A stretch of 64,000 nucleotides of DNA from Nitrospirota bacterium (GCA_963754875.1 CAVWHO010000008.1:1-64000); one strand, 5' to 3'; numbered from the stretch's first letter, positions 19,716 to 35,169 are shown. A program made the numbers and translations. The notes: generated from the sequence alone by a model not told the origin.

Positions 19716-21314
19716 TTTTCTTCGGCAATGGGATAGATGATGTGGGTGACAAGGGAATCGATGCGCGCCAGGTTGCTGATAAGGTCCAGATGGACGTGGC
19801 TCGTCTCGATGGATTCCCGCAAACCCTTCCGGAGCCGGTCAAAGTGGGCCTGCACCAGTTCCCGTTCCATGATGCCGAGTTCTTCCTTGTTCCGGAGAAC
19901 GCGATCGGCCAGGTCGCGGTCATTGCTCGCAAAAGCGGAAATAGCAATGTCAAAATTGTCGAGGACCCGCTTGTGGTACAGGCCGATCTCCTTCAGGCCT
20001 TCCTCGGAAAAAGTGATCCCCTTGCTTATCCGTTTCAGGGCCAGGGGCATGAGGTTCCGGTCGATAATGTCGCCGATGTTTTCGAGGTTGCGCGATGTTT
20101 CGAGCACGGCCACGTTCCGTGCGGGACTGGGACTCCGTAAGAGGAGATAACGACAGACGGGTCAGGTAGAGCCTGACATGCCGGTCCAGCAGGTCTATCA
20201 GATTGTCCTTGTCCTTGATGGCCGTAATTGATGCCTGGTCATCGCTCTGGAAAACCTTGATCACGTCAACGAGCATTTCCCGAACGATGTCGGAAGCACG
20301 GAGCACTTCCCGCGTGGCCTGCCCGAGGGCAAGCGACGGCGTTGCGAGCACATGTTCGTCAAGATACAACGGCCCGAACTTCTTTTCTTCTTCCTTTGCC
20401 GGGACCAGTTTGGTGATCAATTTTTCGAAGGGCCCGATGAACGGCAGGAAACATACCGCGATGATAATGTTAAACAGCGTATTTGCATTTGCGATTTGGC
20501 GCGTGAAATCGGGGGTTGTCTCGGTCACGAGGGCCTGGAACGGGCCGAGAAAGGGCAGGAAGAGCAGCACGCCGAAGAGCTTGAAAAATACATGCGCCCA
20601 GGCCACGCGCCGCGCTTCAGCGGGAGATCGCATGCCGGCAATCAGCGCCGTGGCGCACGTGCCGATATTGGCGCCCAGAACGATATGGATGCCCGCATCG
20701 AGCGGGATCATTCCACTTTTAGCGAGTACGAGCGCGATGCCCATGGTGGCTGCGCTGCTGTGGATCAGCGCCGTCAGCCCCGCAGAGAGGACGATTCCCA
20801 CGATCGGCATATTCGAAAGCGCAATGAAGACCTGCCGGAAAAGTTCGTTGCCCTGGAGCGGCGCCATGCCGTCGATCATCAGCTTGAGTGAAAGGAACAC
20901 GAAGCCGAAGCCCAGCACGCCTTGCCCCACGTTTCGGTACAGGTTTTTTTTTGCAAAGAGCGTAAAGACGAGACCGATGCCGATCAGGAGTACGGCATAG
21001 TCGTATACGTGGAATGCAATGAGCTGGACCGTGACCGTGGCGCCGATGTCGGCGCCGAGGATCACGGCAAGGGTCTGGCGGAAACTCATGAGTCCCGCGC
21101 TTACGAAGCCCACGAGCATGACCGATGTGGCGCTGCTTGACTGGAGGAGGCCCGTCAGGAAGGCCCCGCCGCCCACGGCAGTCAGCCGGTTGCTGGTGAG
21201 GGAGCGAAGCAGGGACCGGATCTTCGAGCCGGCTGCGTTCTGGAGGCCGTCGTTCAGCAATTTGATGCCGTAGAGGAGAAGAAGGATCCCGCCGAAAAGA
21301 CTTATGATGATCAT
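19676..21314 (-). CDS. Na/Pi cotransporter family protein with PhoU domains (frameshift near 20115)
   Basis: QSSSAT, GADIGAT and GANIGT motifs; C-terminus continues in ORF 19676..20113. Confidence 0.85.
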
Positions 21315-21406
21315 GGAAGTACTATGCCGATTTTTTTAGTATTCGTCAACGGGAAACTGAAATAATATAAGAACAGAACCTGGCCAAGCGAACTCTACGG
21401 TCGATA

Positions 21407-21431
21407 TGGACCAAGGCGTCCATGATGCCGT
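21407..21431 (+). repeat. REP-like hairpin element, solo copy
   Basis: TGGACCAAGGCGTC-CAT-GATGCCGT; similar to the copies at 58427 and 60314. Confidence 0.6.
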
Positions 21432-21528
21432 GTTTCAAAGACCAAGGGGTTTCAATCTTCGTCCGCTCCGAAGAGACGCTACACGGGGGACATAGATTCA
21501 GTTCACTAAAAGCACCACACAGAGAAGA

Positions 21529-24180
21529 CGGTTCATCCCCGCACACGCGGGGAACATTTAGTAGCGTAGGGAGTGAAGTATATAATTCCCGGTTCATCCC
21601 CGCACACGCGGGGAACATGCCCAACGCACGGACATTGCCGAGGTGTCTATCGGTTCATCCCCGCACACGCGGGGAACATTTCTAACAATCATTAGACCGC
21701 CAAAAGGACACCGGTTCATCCCCGCACACGCGGGGAACATGGAAAATAGAATCTGCAATATTCGGCATCCTGCGGTTCATCCCCGCACACGCGGGGAACA
21801 TGCGACCTAATGCTGTGGCTGCGGCATTAAGCTCGGTTCATCCCCGCACACGCGGGGAACATGTGACCGCAATGACCGACATGAAGCTTACCGACGGTTC
21901 ATCCCCGCACACGCGGGGAACATGCTCTGGCGCCGCTCCAGTACCTGAACGAGCGCGGTTCATCCCCGCACACGCGGGGAACATTTCTCCTTGCCCGGGT
22001 GCATGATGACGCGAATCGGTTCATCCCCGCACACGCGGGGAACATCAACGGACAAGGATAAGCAGGCGAACAGCCTCCGGTTCATCCCCGCACACGCGGG
22101 GAACATGAGCTTAATAAATGGCGGGGTCAGGATGAGCTCGGTTCATCCCCGCACACGCGGGGAACATTCGATGCGCTGATCAGGAAAAATCTGCAACGTC
22201 GGTTCATCCCCGCACACGCGGGGAACATTTCTTGCTTTGGACGATAAACTTGATCAGCGCCGGTTCATCCCCGCACACGCGGGGAACATGGGCACCGTAG
22301 TGTGGTAGGTACATTCCATTCCGGTTCATCCCCGCACACGCGGGGAACATTTCGTAACGATCATGCCTGACAGTGCATTGTTCGGTTCATCCCCGCACAC
22401 GCGGGGAACATCGCAGCGGAATAGTTAGCTCTCCAAGCACAACCGGTTCATCCCCGCACACGCGGGGAACATAGTACGTCTCCTTTTCCGGTTGCGGTCA
22501 TCGCCGGTTCATCCCCGCACACGCGGGGAACATATCTGATACGATAAAGTCTTTTACATGCGGATCGGTTCATCCCCGCACACGCGGGGAACATCTGCAC
22601 TGAGCAGCTTGGGTCCGTCGAGTATGGCGGTTCATCCCCGCACACGCGGGGAACATGTCGTGCGTTTGCTCATTTGGTCCCTCCTTGATGGTTCATCCCC
22701 GCACACGCGGGGAACATGCGGGGCATGGGAGGTGCTCATCACTGGGGAGCGGTTCATCCCCGCACACGCGGGGAACATCTGATCGCGGCGAAAATCATCC
22801 GGTGCGATTCCGGTTCATCCCCGCACACGCGGGGAACATAATAGTGCCCGTACCGCTGCCCACTGTCACGACGGTTCATCCCCGCACACGCGGGGAACAT
22901 TTTGCGAAGGAAGCGCAACGCTCTCGGATTGTCGGTTCATCCCCGCACACGCGGGGAACATTGGAAAATATTATTATGAATTGAGATATTATTCGGTTCA
23001 TCCCCGCACACGCGGGGAACATAGGATGGTGGACTTGTCCGCGTGCGCGGACATCGGTTCATCCCCGCACACGCGGGGAACATAGTGAGATGAGCCGAAT
23101 ATTTTGACCATCATCCGGTTCATCCCCGCACACGCGGGGAACATCTCCTCGGTTATCTGTTCCTTGTTTCCTTTCGCGGTTCATCCCCGCACACGCGGGG
23201 AACATATTCCCGAGTGCTCAACAGGCGTTTTTGCCGACGGTTCATCCCCGCACACGCGGGGAACATACGGCAACCAGTCGTTCGAGCCGACTCAGCCGCG
23301 GTTCATCCCCGCACACGCGGGGAACATCCGTCTCAACAGGAACCACCAGCATTGTGGCGCGGTTCATCCCCGCACACGCGGGGAACATGGTTACAAGCGC
23401 GGATTGCCCGATGTTCTGATCGGTTCATCCCCGCACACGCGGGGAACATGCAATGCAATAGGCCGCCTTCAAGTGAAAGTCGGTTCATCCCCGCACACGC
23501 GGGGAACATCCTTCTCCAAATAGTACGGGTCAATGAATATGCGGTTCATCCCCGCACACGCGGGGAACATTTGTTTTTTCTGAGTACGCACTGGCTAACC
23601 CTCGGTTCATCCCCGCACACGCGGGGAACATTTGAAGGTTACGCCATTTACGAACAGGGGCAACGGTTCATCCCCGCACACGCGGGGAACATGCACGTTA
23701 AAAGACCAGCAAGAGTCATGGAGGCGGTTCATCCCCGCACACGCGGGGAACATGGGAGGCTAATTTGAAACCGATAGCATCGAAACGGTTCATCCCCGCA
23801 CACGCGGGGAACATTTCGTCTATGTCATCAGCGCCTAGTACGAGCTCGGTTCATCCCCGCACACGCGGGGAACATTTACGCTGGCAACGGGGGCTGACAG
23901 GACAAAACGGTTCATCCCCGCACACGCGGGGAACATATCTTACACTCCTTGGCGACCTCAGGCGGAACCGGTTCATCCCCGCACACGCGGGGAACATGCC
24001 TCTCCGGAATATTTGGCCGCTCAACTGTACGGTTCATCCCCGCACACGCGGGGAACATGGACGCCCTGGGCGAGTCCCTGGACGATATCGCGGTTCATCC
24101 CCGCACACGCGGGGAACATGTCCAGGACGGGGCGAACATTTCCGACCATGCCGGTTCATCCCCGCACACGCGGGGAACAT
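21529..24180 (-). CRISPR. type I-E CRISPR array: 44 repeats of 29 bp (ATGTTCCCCGCGTGTGCGGGGATGAACCG), 43 spacers of mostly 32 bp, plus a degenerate distal repeat near 21470-21493
   Basis: 61-bp periodicity counted directly; leader on the cas2 side. Confidence 0.99.
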
Positions 24181-24250
24181 ACTTCCTCTACTTCCCCAAA
24201 ATCATTAGTAAATTTCCGGGGCAATTAAATCTACCGACAAAATTGTTTCC
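24181..24250 (-). promoter_or_regulatory. CRISPR leader
   Basis: AT-richer 70 bp between the cas2 stop and the first repeat; contains GTCGGTAGATTT. Confidence 0.7.
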
Positions 24251-25478
<1,228 letters not shown>

Positions 25479-25563
25479 GTCACGGCACCTCTTTGAGAGT
25501 AAAGCAGACATCGCAGCGCTCGACTCAATTGACTTTCCTCTGCGGTAATGCTATAACTTGACT

Positions 25564-25707
25564 ATGAAAAAGATCATTCAGGTCCATATCTACAAGGGTG
25601 AACAATACTATGTCGCCGAGTGCATCGACCTGCCCGTCGTAACCCAGGGAAAGACACTGGATGAAGTTGTGTCAAACCTCAAGGAAGCCGTTGCGCTTCA
25701 TTTATAG
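25564..25707 (+). pseudogene. HicB-like antitoxin N-terminal fragment (47 aa), antisense to the cas operon
   Basis: Manual translation MKKIIQVHIYKGEQYYVAECIDLPVVTQGKTLDEVVSNLKEAVALHL*; promoter TTGACT-17 nt-TATAAC at 25529-25557. Confidence 0.7.
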
Positions 25708-25797
25708 AGGGTGAACCCCTTTTCCGGAATTTCAGCCAACATCAACCCGTGACAAATTGTCACGACCTCCACTTCCTATCTTCACAACCCCAAACGC

Positions 25798-25851
25798 TCA
25801 CATCCGCCTCACCAGCATGAGCCCGCAGCCGAAGGCTTTGGCTGGACCGAT
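25798..25851 (-). pseudogene. relic 3' end of a second cas6e
   Basis: Manual translation IGPAKAFGCGLMLVRRM*, the Cas6e glycine-rich loop. Confidence 0.75.
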
Positions 25852-25863
25852 ATCGTCAAGAAT

Positions 25864-26524
25864 TCACGATACCGGGATCACCGAGAGCAGCCCAAGCCCC
25901 ATAACCTTGCCATGGCCGATACCGGTTTGCAAGGCTCCTGTAAATTTATCCGGTTCGCTTACTATTAGCATTCCATCATATAGCACGGAATAAATTCTTA
26001 CCGGATTTCCTGAATGCTGATTGCCTCGAAGCATCTGCTCCTGAGAAACGCGCACGTCAGGATGGTTCTGAGTCGAATCCGACAAATCGAAGGAGGCAAG
26101 ATGCGGCAGTGAAAACCCATGCTGCTTCCCTTTGCGCACGATCCATGCTTCCTGGTCTTCCAATTTCAGCAAACCCAGACGTTTGCCGTTGCGGGTCACG
26201 CAAGGATTGGCCCGCAGCCTGAAACGAAAGCGCTGCCCGGCCTTGAGCAAATTAAGCTTCAGCCGATTCTTCAAATCAATCTCTTTATCCGCCGATGCCA
26301 GCCAACCCTTCACTCCGATACCTGTCCAATCCGGCGCTGTCCGGCTTTGAACCAGGATGCGAGGACAGCCGTCAGAATCGCTCTCCGGCTCCAGTCGCCA
26401 CATAAACTCACCTCCCGGGCATTTTATATCCGGCTTGCTAAAAGCTCTGCACAAGGTGGAATGAAGTTGGTAAGGATCGGCAAGGTCACGGCGGGCCTCC
26501 CTACAGCGCGGATCAAGATGAATC

Positions 26525-26538
<14 letters not shown>
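25864..26538 (-). CDS. cas6e: type I-E Cas6/Cse3
   Basis: DPYQLH, FRFRLRANP and GIGHGKVMGLGLL motifs. Confidence 0.95.
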
Positions 26539-28385
<1,847 letters not shown>

Positions 28386-28389
<4 letters not shown>

Positions 28390-28904
28390 TCGCTGATCTC
28401 CTTTTTCTTCTGATTTCCTGAATTGGTTTCAGGATGCAGGGTTCGGTAAAAATCACGCGCCCAAGCATTCTGTGTACGCTTTTGATCGTCGTTCCAGTAT
28501 AGAAGCCCTTTCAAAAGTGCGTCGAAATCGATGTTTTGTTCTTTCAGCAGCGCGACCATCTGGCGTATACGATGCGGCAACTGATCGAAATCGGCGTCAA
28601 GGAGGTTAATAAAGCGGCGTTCCGTGCTCGTGGAACCGCTTGCGGCCTGCTGTGCTGCCGAAGCTTTCCCGATAGGCATCAGCGCTCCGATCCGTCCATC
28701 GCGCCAGTGCGTCGCCCACAGGCCGGCAACGAGATAGAACATCATCCGTCGAAAAGAATTGTCTTCGCCCTTTACAAAGGGTTCGACATACGGATAGGCT
28801 GGAACATATGTCCCAAGATCAAAGGCAAGACTGCGCCGCAATACTGCCCGGACCTTTGTGTCTTTCTCGCTCACGTTTTCAAGCCATTCTATAAAACCGT
28901 TCAT
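28386..28904 (-). CDS. cse2: type I-E Cse2/Cas11
   Basis: ERRFINLL...WARDFY; position in the operon. Confidence 0.9.
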
Positions 28905-30418
28905 GCGACCTCCTTTCGCGGTTCAAGTTTGCTTATTTTCTCGGCAAGTTCCTGCATCTTGCGGAACACCAAACTTTCGGCTTTCACGAGCGCGCGGATG
29001 GCCCAAGCATCGCCCATGGAAACCGACGAACGATATTGTCCCCATGCCGCGCTCATGGCATTCCGAGTCCACTTTAACCACTGGCAGCGGATATCCTCGG
29101 AATCGCGTTCAAGAGTGTACTCTCGCAACACTTCATGAAAATGAGCTTCAAGGTCGGACCAGTACATTGAATTAACCGGTATTTGGCTCACGAATCCTTT
29201 GACATCTGCCTTATCAGGCTTTCTGCCTCCGCGGCTAAGTGAATCCCGGGCAAATGAACTGCAGGCATCCCAAAGCGACTTTTGAGCATCATTGGCATCC
29301 GTTAAGAGTTGTGTGATTTCCGAGCGCACTACGCGTTCTCCTGCCAGAGCTGACGGAAGGACGAAGCGTTCCATGCGCCAGAAGTCTACATTCGCGCTTG
29401 GAGGTTCATATCTCAATCCAAGCACAAGAACAGATTTTGGCAAAGCGCTCACGTTATGGCCGGATAATCTAAGCGCATTCTGAACGGTCAGAGGGGCAAG
29501 GTTGTTCTGGTCGGGCAGCAGCGAATCAAAGTCTCTCCACGTCCCGCGATCTTCTCTGAATTGAACGGGCAGCTTTCCGTGGGCATCACTCGTTTTATAA
29601 GGTTGCATTGGATCAGGATTCCTTGACGGATTATCAAACCCCAGGCCTGATGTAAATTTCATAATCTGTACGTCACCGGAAGGCAGTTCTTCAAGGTGAA
29701 CCATTCGCGCCTGCCAGGTATAGATGTCGGCATATCCGGCAGCAATCTGTTTTGGATTACTGAGCGGAAGAATCTTCGGCCCACGCTCCCACAAAGCTGA
29801 ATCCCCTTTCATTACCTCCCTGTTCGGGTAGGGAACAAGGCAGTAACAGAGCGTTTGACGAAGATCGTGCCCAAGAGGAATACACATCATCGCATTGGGC
29901 GACGGTGAGGGGTAATAGCCTCTACCACCCGCAATTGAAAAACTCATGGTAGACAGCAGCCAACGAATACATTCCTCCGGCTTTCTCGTTCCGGGATTTT
30001 TCATGTCTGTGTGATCAAAAAGAACCTTGTTGGATGTCGCATTGTACTCAGCCGTAAGTTTGGTCCATGGTCCGATTGCATTACCGGGCACCTGGGGGTG
30101 CTGTCCAAATGGATACTTCTCATGGAAAAGCCAGAATCTGTCTTTCCACTTCTCTAGATACGCAACAATCTTGTCGCCCGGCAGACCATTTTTGAACAGA
30201 GCCTTTGCCTGCTCGATATCGGTCGGTCCTTCCAGTGCGCGATACAGCACGGCAAGCAGAAACCGGTGCAGCGCTGCGACTACGAGCGGAGATGGGTCCT
30301 CGATTTCCGCGATCTCCTTGGATCGTAACAGTGTGTCCCGGATACCCAATTCATCGCGGCTTCCGTCCGGGAAGCGCACCGGTATCCATTTTTCTTCAAT
30401 CAGATTGTACCTGCTCAT
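28901..30418 (-). CDS. cas8e: type I-E Cas8e/Cse1
   Basis: YNLIEEKWIPV and RFWLFHEKYPFGQ motifs. Confidence 0.92.
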   Translation of the reverse strand: MSRYNLIEEKWIPVRFPDGSRDELGIRDTLLRSKEIAEIEDPSPLVVAALHRFLLAVLYRALEGPTDIEQAKALFKNGLPGDKIVAYLEKWKDRFWLFHEKYPFGQHPQVPGNAIGPWTKLTAEYNATSNKVLFDHTDMKNPGTRKPEECIRWLLSTMSFSIAGGRGYYPSPSPNAMMCIPLGHDLRQTLCYCLVPYPNREVMKGDSALWERGPKILPLSNPKQIAAGYADIYTWQARMVHLEELPSGDVQIMKFTSGLGFDNPSRNPDPMQPYKTSDAHGKLPVQFREDRGTWRDFDSLLPDQNNLAPLTVQNALRLSGHNVSALPKSVLVLGLRYEPPSANVDFWRMERFVLPSALAGERVVRSEITQLLTDANDAQKSLWDACSSFARDSLSRGGRKPDKADVKGFVSQIPVNSMYWSDLEAHFHEVLREYTLERDSEDIRCQWLKWTRNAMSAAWGQYRSSVSMGDAWAIRALVKAESLVFRKMQELAEKISKLEPRKEVA

Positions 30419-33085
30419 TCTGCCTCCTTTGTTTCGTAGACCAAGCCTAAATCATCGTCCAGGTGCACGAGAGGGTTCTCGATCCAGCGCTGTCCATCAT
30501 CCAACACAAGCGGAAAACAGTTGCGAAGAAGCGGGGCTTTCTTCCAGCCGGCCGGCACACCCTGCCCCCTCAGCTTATGAACCACACTTTTGCGCGAAAG
30601 ACTCACCGCCCGCATAAACCACAGTTTAGCCCGGTTGAAGTCCGGCGCCGCTTCAGGACTGAATGCGTCTTCCGGGAATAATGGTATGGCAATGACCGTA
30701 TCTTCACCAAGCCGCGTCTGGGCCATCAAAGTCCGATGCACCTCGGGTTCGTCTTCATCATAAAGAACAAATCTCCCCGGGTCGTTCCACGATGCATCAT
30801 CCGGCAAGCCGATGATCGCCATGTTTGCCTGTTGACGCTGGACGATTGCCTCTCCTTCGGCATTAATGGCCTTACTCATTCTCTCTTGCAGGAATTCCGG
30901 AATAGCTACCCCGTCTTCGTAGACAGCCTGCACCAGGGTATCAATCTCATCCGGGACTGTAAGTTCCTGCTTTGAACGTAAAAGGCACCACGTGCGAAGA
31001 AGAATATCCTCGCTGTACACCTTGTTCCACCAGAGAGGCTTTCCGAATGCCGGCGGCTCATCACCCGCCAGCCCTGCGATCAGAAGAACCGGTTCGGAAA
31101 CGGGACGGGAGTTCCGTGCATGTCTCCACATGCGTCCGGCGCGTTGAAGGATGAGATCAATCGGAGCGAGATCGGTTGCGATTACATCGAAGTCCAGATC
31201 GAGACTCTGCTCCGCCACCTGGGTGGCGATCAAAATTTTCCGACCGAGTCTCTCTTCTCCTTCCCCGAAGGTCTCCAACGCATGATCCTCACGTTTCTGT
31301 CGACGGTCAGCAGGATAACGCGCGTGAAAAAGGTACACCTCAGTTCCGTCTGGCAAACGCTTGCCGACACGTTGACCGTCTCGCTCTAACGGTTCTCCTT
31401 CGGGGAAGAAACGGTATAATTCCTGAGCGCGTTGCACCGTGTTCACGAGCGCGAGTCCCATGCCGCCTTCGCTTAGCCGTTCTGCGAGTCCAACGTGAAT
31501 AGCCGTCAGATCGTGCTGAATGCCTTGCAGACGCAAAGTTCTGCGGCGTGCAGGATCGGACTCGAAGTGCTTTTGTATCACTTCCTGACCTGGGCTGAAA
31601 ATGGAAAGACGCGGGTACGGTTGCTCTTTTTCAAGATCGGCGGAGCCAACCACGTCAGCCAACTTGCGCCGAATCTCCGGCGGAAGCGTCGCGGAGAGAA
31701 GTATCACCGACGACCCAAGAGCCAGAAGCCATCGCAGCAAGTGAACCAGCAGCGTTCCCGTATAGGCATCGTATGCGTGGATCTCATCAAAGACCACGAC
31801 GCGATTTGCAAGACCCCACAAACGCACGAAATGGTGCCGCACCGGAAGAATAGGTAGTAACGCCTGATCCACGGTCCCGACACCGTACTCCGAAAGAAGC
31901 GCTCGCTTTTTGTTGGTGAACCATTCGCCTGCTCTGATCTCGCCGCCTGTTTCCGGATCGTAAATGCCTGAGATGCGCAAATTCTGGAATGTGTCGCTCA
32001 GCAGCGCCGCTCCATGCAACAGTTGCAGATCAAGCTTGCGATCCGACCCCTGGCGACTCAGAAACTTCAGCGTTCGTTTGAACATGGCATTGCCGGTCGC
32101 CTTGGTCGGCAAGGCGACGTATAAACCGCGATGCCCGAACCGACGTTGTAATTCCAGATGCGCAAAGAAAGCCGCCTCGGTCTTGCCCTCGCCCATCGGA
32201 GCTTCCACGAGAAAAATGGATGGCGACTTCACGTCGTGGAGAGCATCGGCAACTGCCCGTTGCAAAGGGCGAGGAGAAAATTCGAATACCTGATCAAATG
32301 ACTTTGATTCAGGTGCAAGCGGCGTTCTGAAACCCCAGCCAATTGCGTCCAACGCCTTTTCGGCCTGGCTTCTGCGCTTACTGAACCATGCCTCCAAATC
32401 TTCACAGTCTTCCGGCGTGCCGAATGGGAACCAGACTTCATTTGAACCAATCCAATCGGCAAAGCTCGTAATGCCTGCCAATAACATAAATTCTGGACCG
32501 GAAAGAGTCTGCTTGTCTGCTACCTTTGAAGGTTTAAAAACAACCAACAACGCTTCCATGAGACCTCGTCGCGCTTTCTCCCAATCATATCGCACAGCCT
32601 CTAGTCGTTCGCCTCTTCCAACGTATATTTCCTGAATTGCTTTGTCTTTCGCATGTTCGCTTGCCCGCTCCCCGTGATGGCACCCTACTGCGTCACCAGC
32701 CAACTCCGCCAGTTCCTCCGGCCACTTTCGTTCCTTTAAGAACTCTATCAGCGCTATCTGGCTTACGAAAGCATGGTTAATGCCGTCATTCGGATTGCGC
32801 GGCATTCGCAGCCCAGTCTCTGGAGCCTCCGGCCATTTGCACTGAAAGCCCGGACAGGCCTTTCCAAGATCGTGGCAAGCCATCAAAAACAAGAGCCATG
32901 GTCGGGCATTCTACCCAATCCGTTCCCAGGCATTCAGCCAATCTCATGCGCGTGACTTCCGGTTCGCGTGATAAAATTGCGTCTGCGCCTGTGGCTACAT
33001 CCAGCATGTGAAGAATAAGGGGATGCCATGCTGATTTAGCATTTTTTGAGGTTTTCGCCCAAAGATATTTCAACTCGGGATCCAA
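30415..33085 (-). CDS. cas3: Cas3 HD nuclease-helicase (frameshift near 32900)
   Basis: WAK..HPLILHMLD, HDLGK, EAPMGEGKT, DEIH and QRAGR motifs. Confidence 0.95.
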
Positions 33086-33169
33086 TGCTGTTCTTCTCCG
33101 CCTTTCCCCAATACCGGCAATAGCTTTCGTTCATAGAAACTCCGTAAGATTAATCGTTCAAACGGTTTA

Positions 33170-35169
33170 GTAGGGTCGAGGACAGGCGCGCCGGTTTAGG
33201 TTGATGTTTGTGTTCTCTGTTGTCTTGCCCTTTCGTTTGCAAGTGCCACAATATTTCAACCATTCCACGTTTCCAGTCCCCGCCACATCAAACACAGCAT
33301 GCGGGTTTCCCGCACTATGCTTTCCTTTTGGCTTCACCTCAAGGGTTATGTTGCCTATTTGCTGGCAGCGCTTTCGAGTCCATAGTACCTCACCTGGTAA
33401 TCGGCATAAAGCCCAAGGTTCTTGTACAACCAGACTCTACTCCACCTGTTCCAGCCAAAGCCCTTACATTTTCGGGCTCTCATAAGATGTCGCCGTATCT
33501 TTTTCTCTACCCAATCCTTGATGTAATGAAGGCACCTGCTGGAGTGACCTATCCGAAAGTAGTTAACCCAGCCGCGAAGCTTCGAGTTAATCAGCTCGAT
33601 CACACGGTGTACTGGCTGCGACACAAATCGCTGAAAGACCTCCTTGAGATTTCTTAGGAGATTTGTCCGCGCTTTCATTCGTGGTGTGATGAGGACTCCC
33701 CATTTCTTGCTCCGCGTCCTGACCCTCCGTATATCAAATCCCAGAAAGCTAAAGCTCTCTCCTTTCATCAGGTCTGCCAGACGGGTCTTTTCTTCATTGA
33801 TGCATACATCAAGTTTTGCCAACTCTTCAAGGAGTCGCCGATATGCTCTCTCTAATAACCAGTCCCAGCGCCGATACGCGTCTACTAGAATGACGAGGTC
33901 ATCTGCAAAACGGGCATACTCTATATAGGTATAGCCTGTCTTGCTCGTTGCCTCCTTCGCCCGCTCAAGCATCTTGTCTACCTCATTAAGATAGACATTT
34001 GCCATGAGAGGCGAGATAACCCCTCCCTGCGGTACGCCGCGCTTGCCACTGGCTTTTAGCATGAGGCTGAGCAGCCGCAGCACTCTGTCATCATCGACCC
34101 TTTTAGCTACTTTATCCAGCAATATGTCATGCCGAACAGTATCGAAGTACGCCTTAAGGTCAACATCGATGACTCGTGTCTTATTATGGACAACTGCTCT
34201 TGCAACCCGGTGCACCGCCTGATGTGCTGTCCGTTTCGGGCGATACCCGTATGACCCTTCTTGGAAGTCGGCTTCAAAAATCGGCTCAAGAATAAGTTTG
34301 AGCGCACCCTGCACTACTCGGTCTCGAATGGCCGGGATTCCCAAGATGCGCACTTTCCCATTGCCCTTGGGTATCTCTTTCCTTCGGTTCCACATAGGCA
34401 GGTACATCCCTGAGAGTAGTTCATTTCGTATGCTGTCGAGGAACTCTTCCAGACCGTTTTCTTCAATGGCCTCAAACGTGACGCCATCAATTCCCGGCGC
34501 CCCGTTATTTCGTTTAGCCATGTAGTAGGCAAGCCTGATTGTCTCGGTCTTGCACACGTGAATGTACAACCCCCAAAAACGATGTTGCTTATCGGCTTTC
34601 GCCTTGACGTAGATCCTCCGTCTCAGGTCATGCAGATTAATAGATGTCTTCGTCATCCCATCCCTGCCTTCCAATGTTGCTGGAGGACTGTCAAAAGTAG
34701 GGCCTCTTGGCTCCACAGGCATTACCCTGCTTCATCGCTACTGCCGCCCATCCGCCACCCTTCCGCCTTCAGTCCATTTCCCAGTATCTCTGGTTATAGA
34801 ACCTACCTTTCTCCAGCGATTTCTCGTTGGGGCGATGAGGGCTTCTCCAGTTGCTCGGTGTGTCCTTGCTGCCATGCCGCCGTTATCACCCCGCTGAAGT
34901 GGAGTAACCGTTTCAGTCAGTTTTCGATTATCCATGCTGCCTTCACTCTACGGTTGAGAGCTCGGCCTTCAGGGCTTCGATCTTTCGGGGCCACCTCTAC
35001 GTTCGCTTTCGCTGCGGCCTGGCAACTCGTTGTCATCCTTTAGATGATTGTGTTGATGGGCTTCAGGATGTCGGTTTCCCTCTACCCTGCCATCCTAACT
35101 ACATGGCCTCTAACTCTTGCCAAGGCAGGACTAGCTCCTGCTGAACACACCAGCCTTCGCTGGACGCAC
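33170..35169 (-). mobile_element. complete group II intron (2000 nt)
   Basis: 5' GTGCG at 35169; domain V AAGCATAGTGCGGGAAACCCGCATGCTGTGTTT near 33290-33322; 3' end ...CTCGACCCTAC at 33170; EBS1 candidate at 34950-34955. Confidence 0.92.
33355..34656 (-). CDS. ltrA: group II intron reverse transcriptase/maturase, no endonuclease domain
   Basis: GAPGIDG, LGIPAIRDR, PQGGVISP, RFADD and RGWVNYF motifs. Confidence 0.95.
   Translation of the reverse strand: MTKTSINLHDLRRRIYVKAKADKQHRFWGLYIHVCKTETIRLAYYMAKRNNGAPGIDGVTFEAIEENGLEEFLDSIRNELLSGMYLPMWNRRKEIPKGNGKVRILGIPAIRDRVVQGALKLILEPIFEADFQEGSYGYRPKRTAHQAVHRVARAVVHNKTRVIDVDLKAYFDTVRHDILLDKVAKRVDDDRVLRLLSLMLKASGKRGVPQGGVISPLMANVYLNEVDKMLERAKEATSKTGYTYIEYARFADDLVILVDAYRRWDWLLERAYRRLLEELAKLDVCINEEKTRLADLMKGESFSFLGFDIRRVRTRSKKWGVLITPRMKARTNLLRNLKEVFQRFVSQPVHRVIELINSKLRGWVNYFRIGHSSRCLHYIKDWVEKKIRRHLMRARKCKGFGWNRWSRVWLYKNLGLYADYQVRYYGLESAASK

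Noticed and set aside
21558..24151. Self-targeting or duplicated spacers
   Set aside because: None noticed by eye; an alignment is needed to exclude them
25748..25764. Palindrome CGTGACAAATTGTCACG as an operator
   Set aside because: Single copy; the minus strand reads EVVTICHGL, which may be a scrap of a Bro-like gene; too short to call either way
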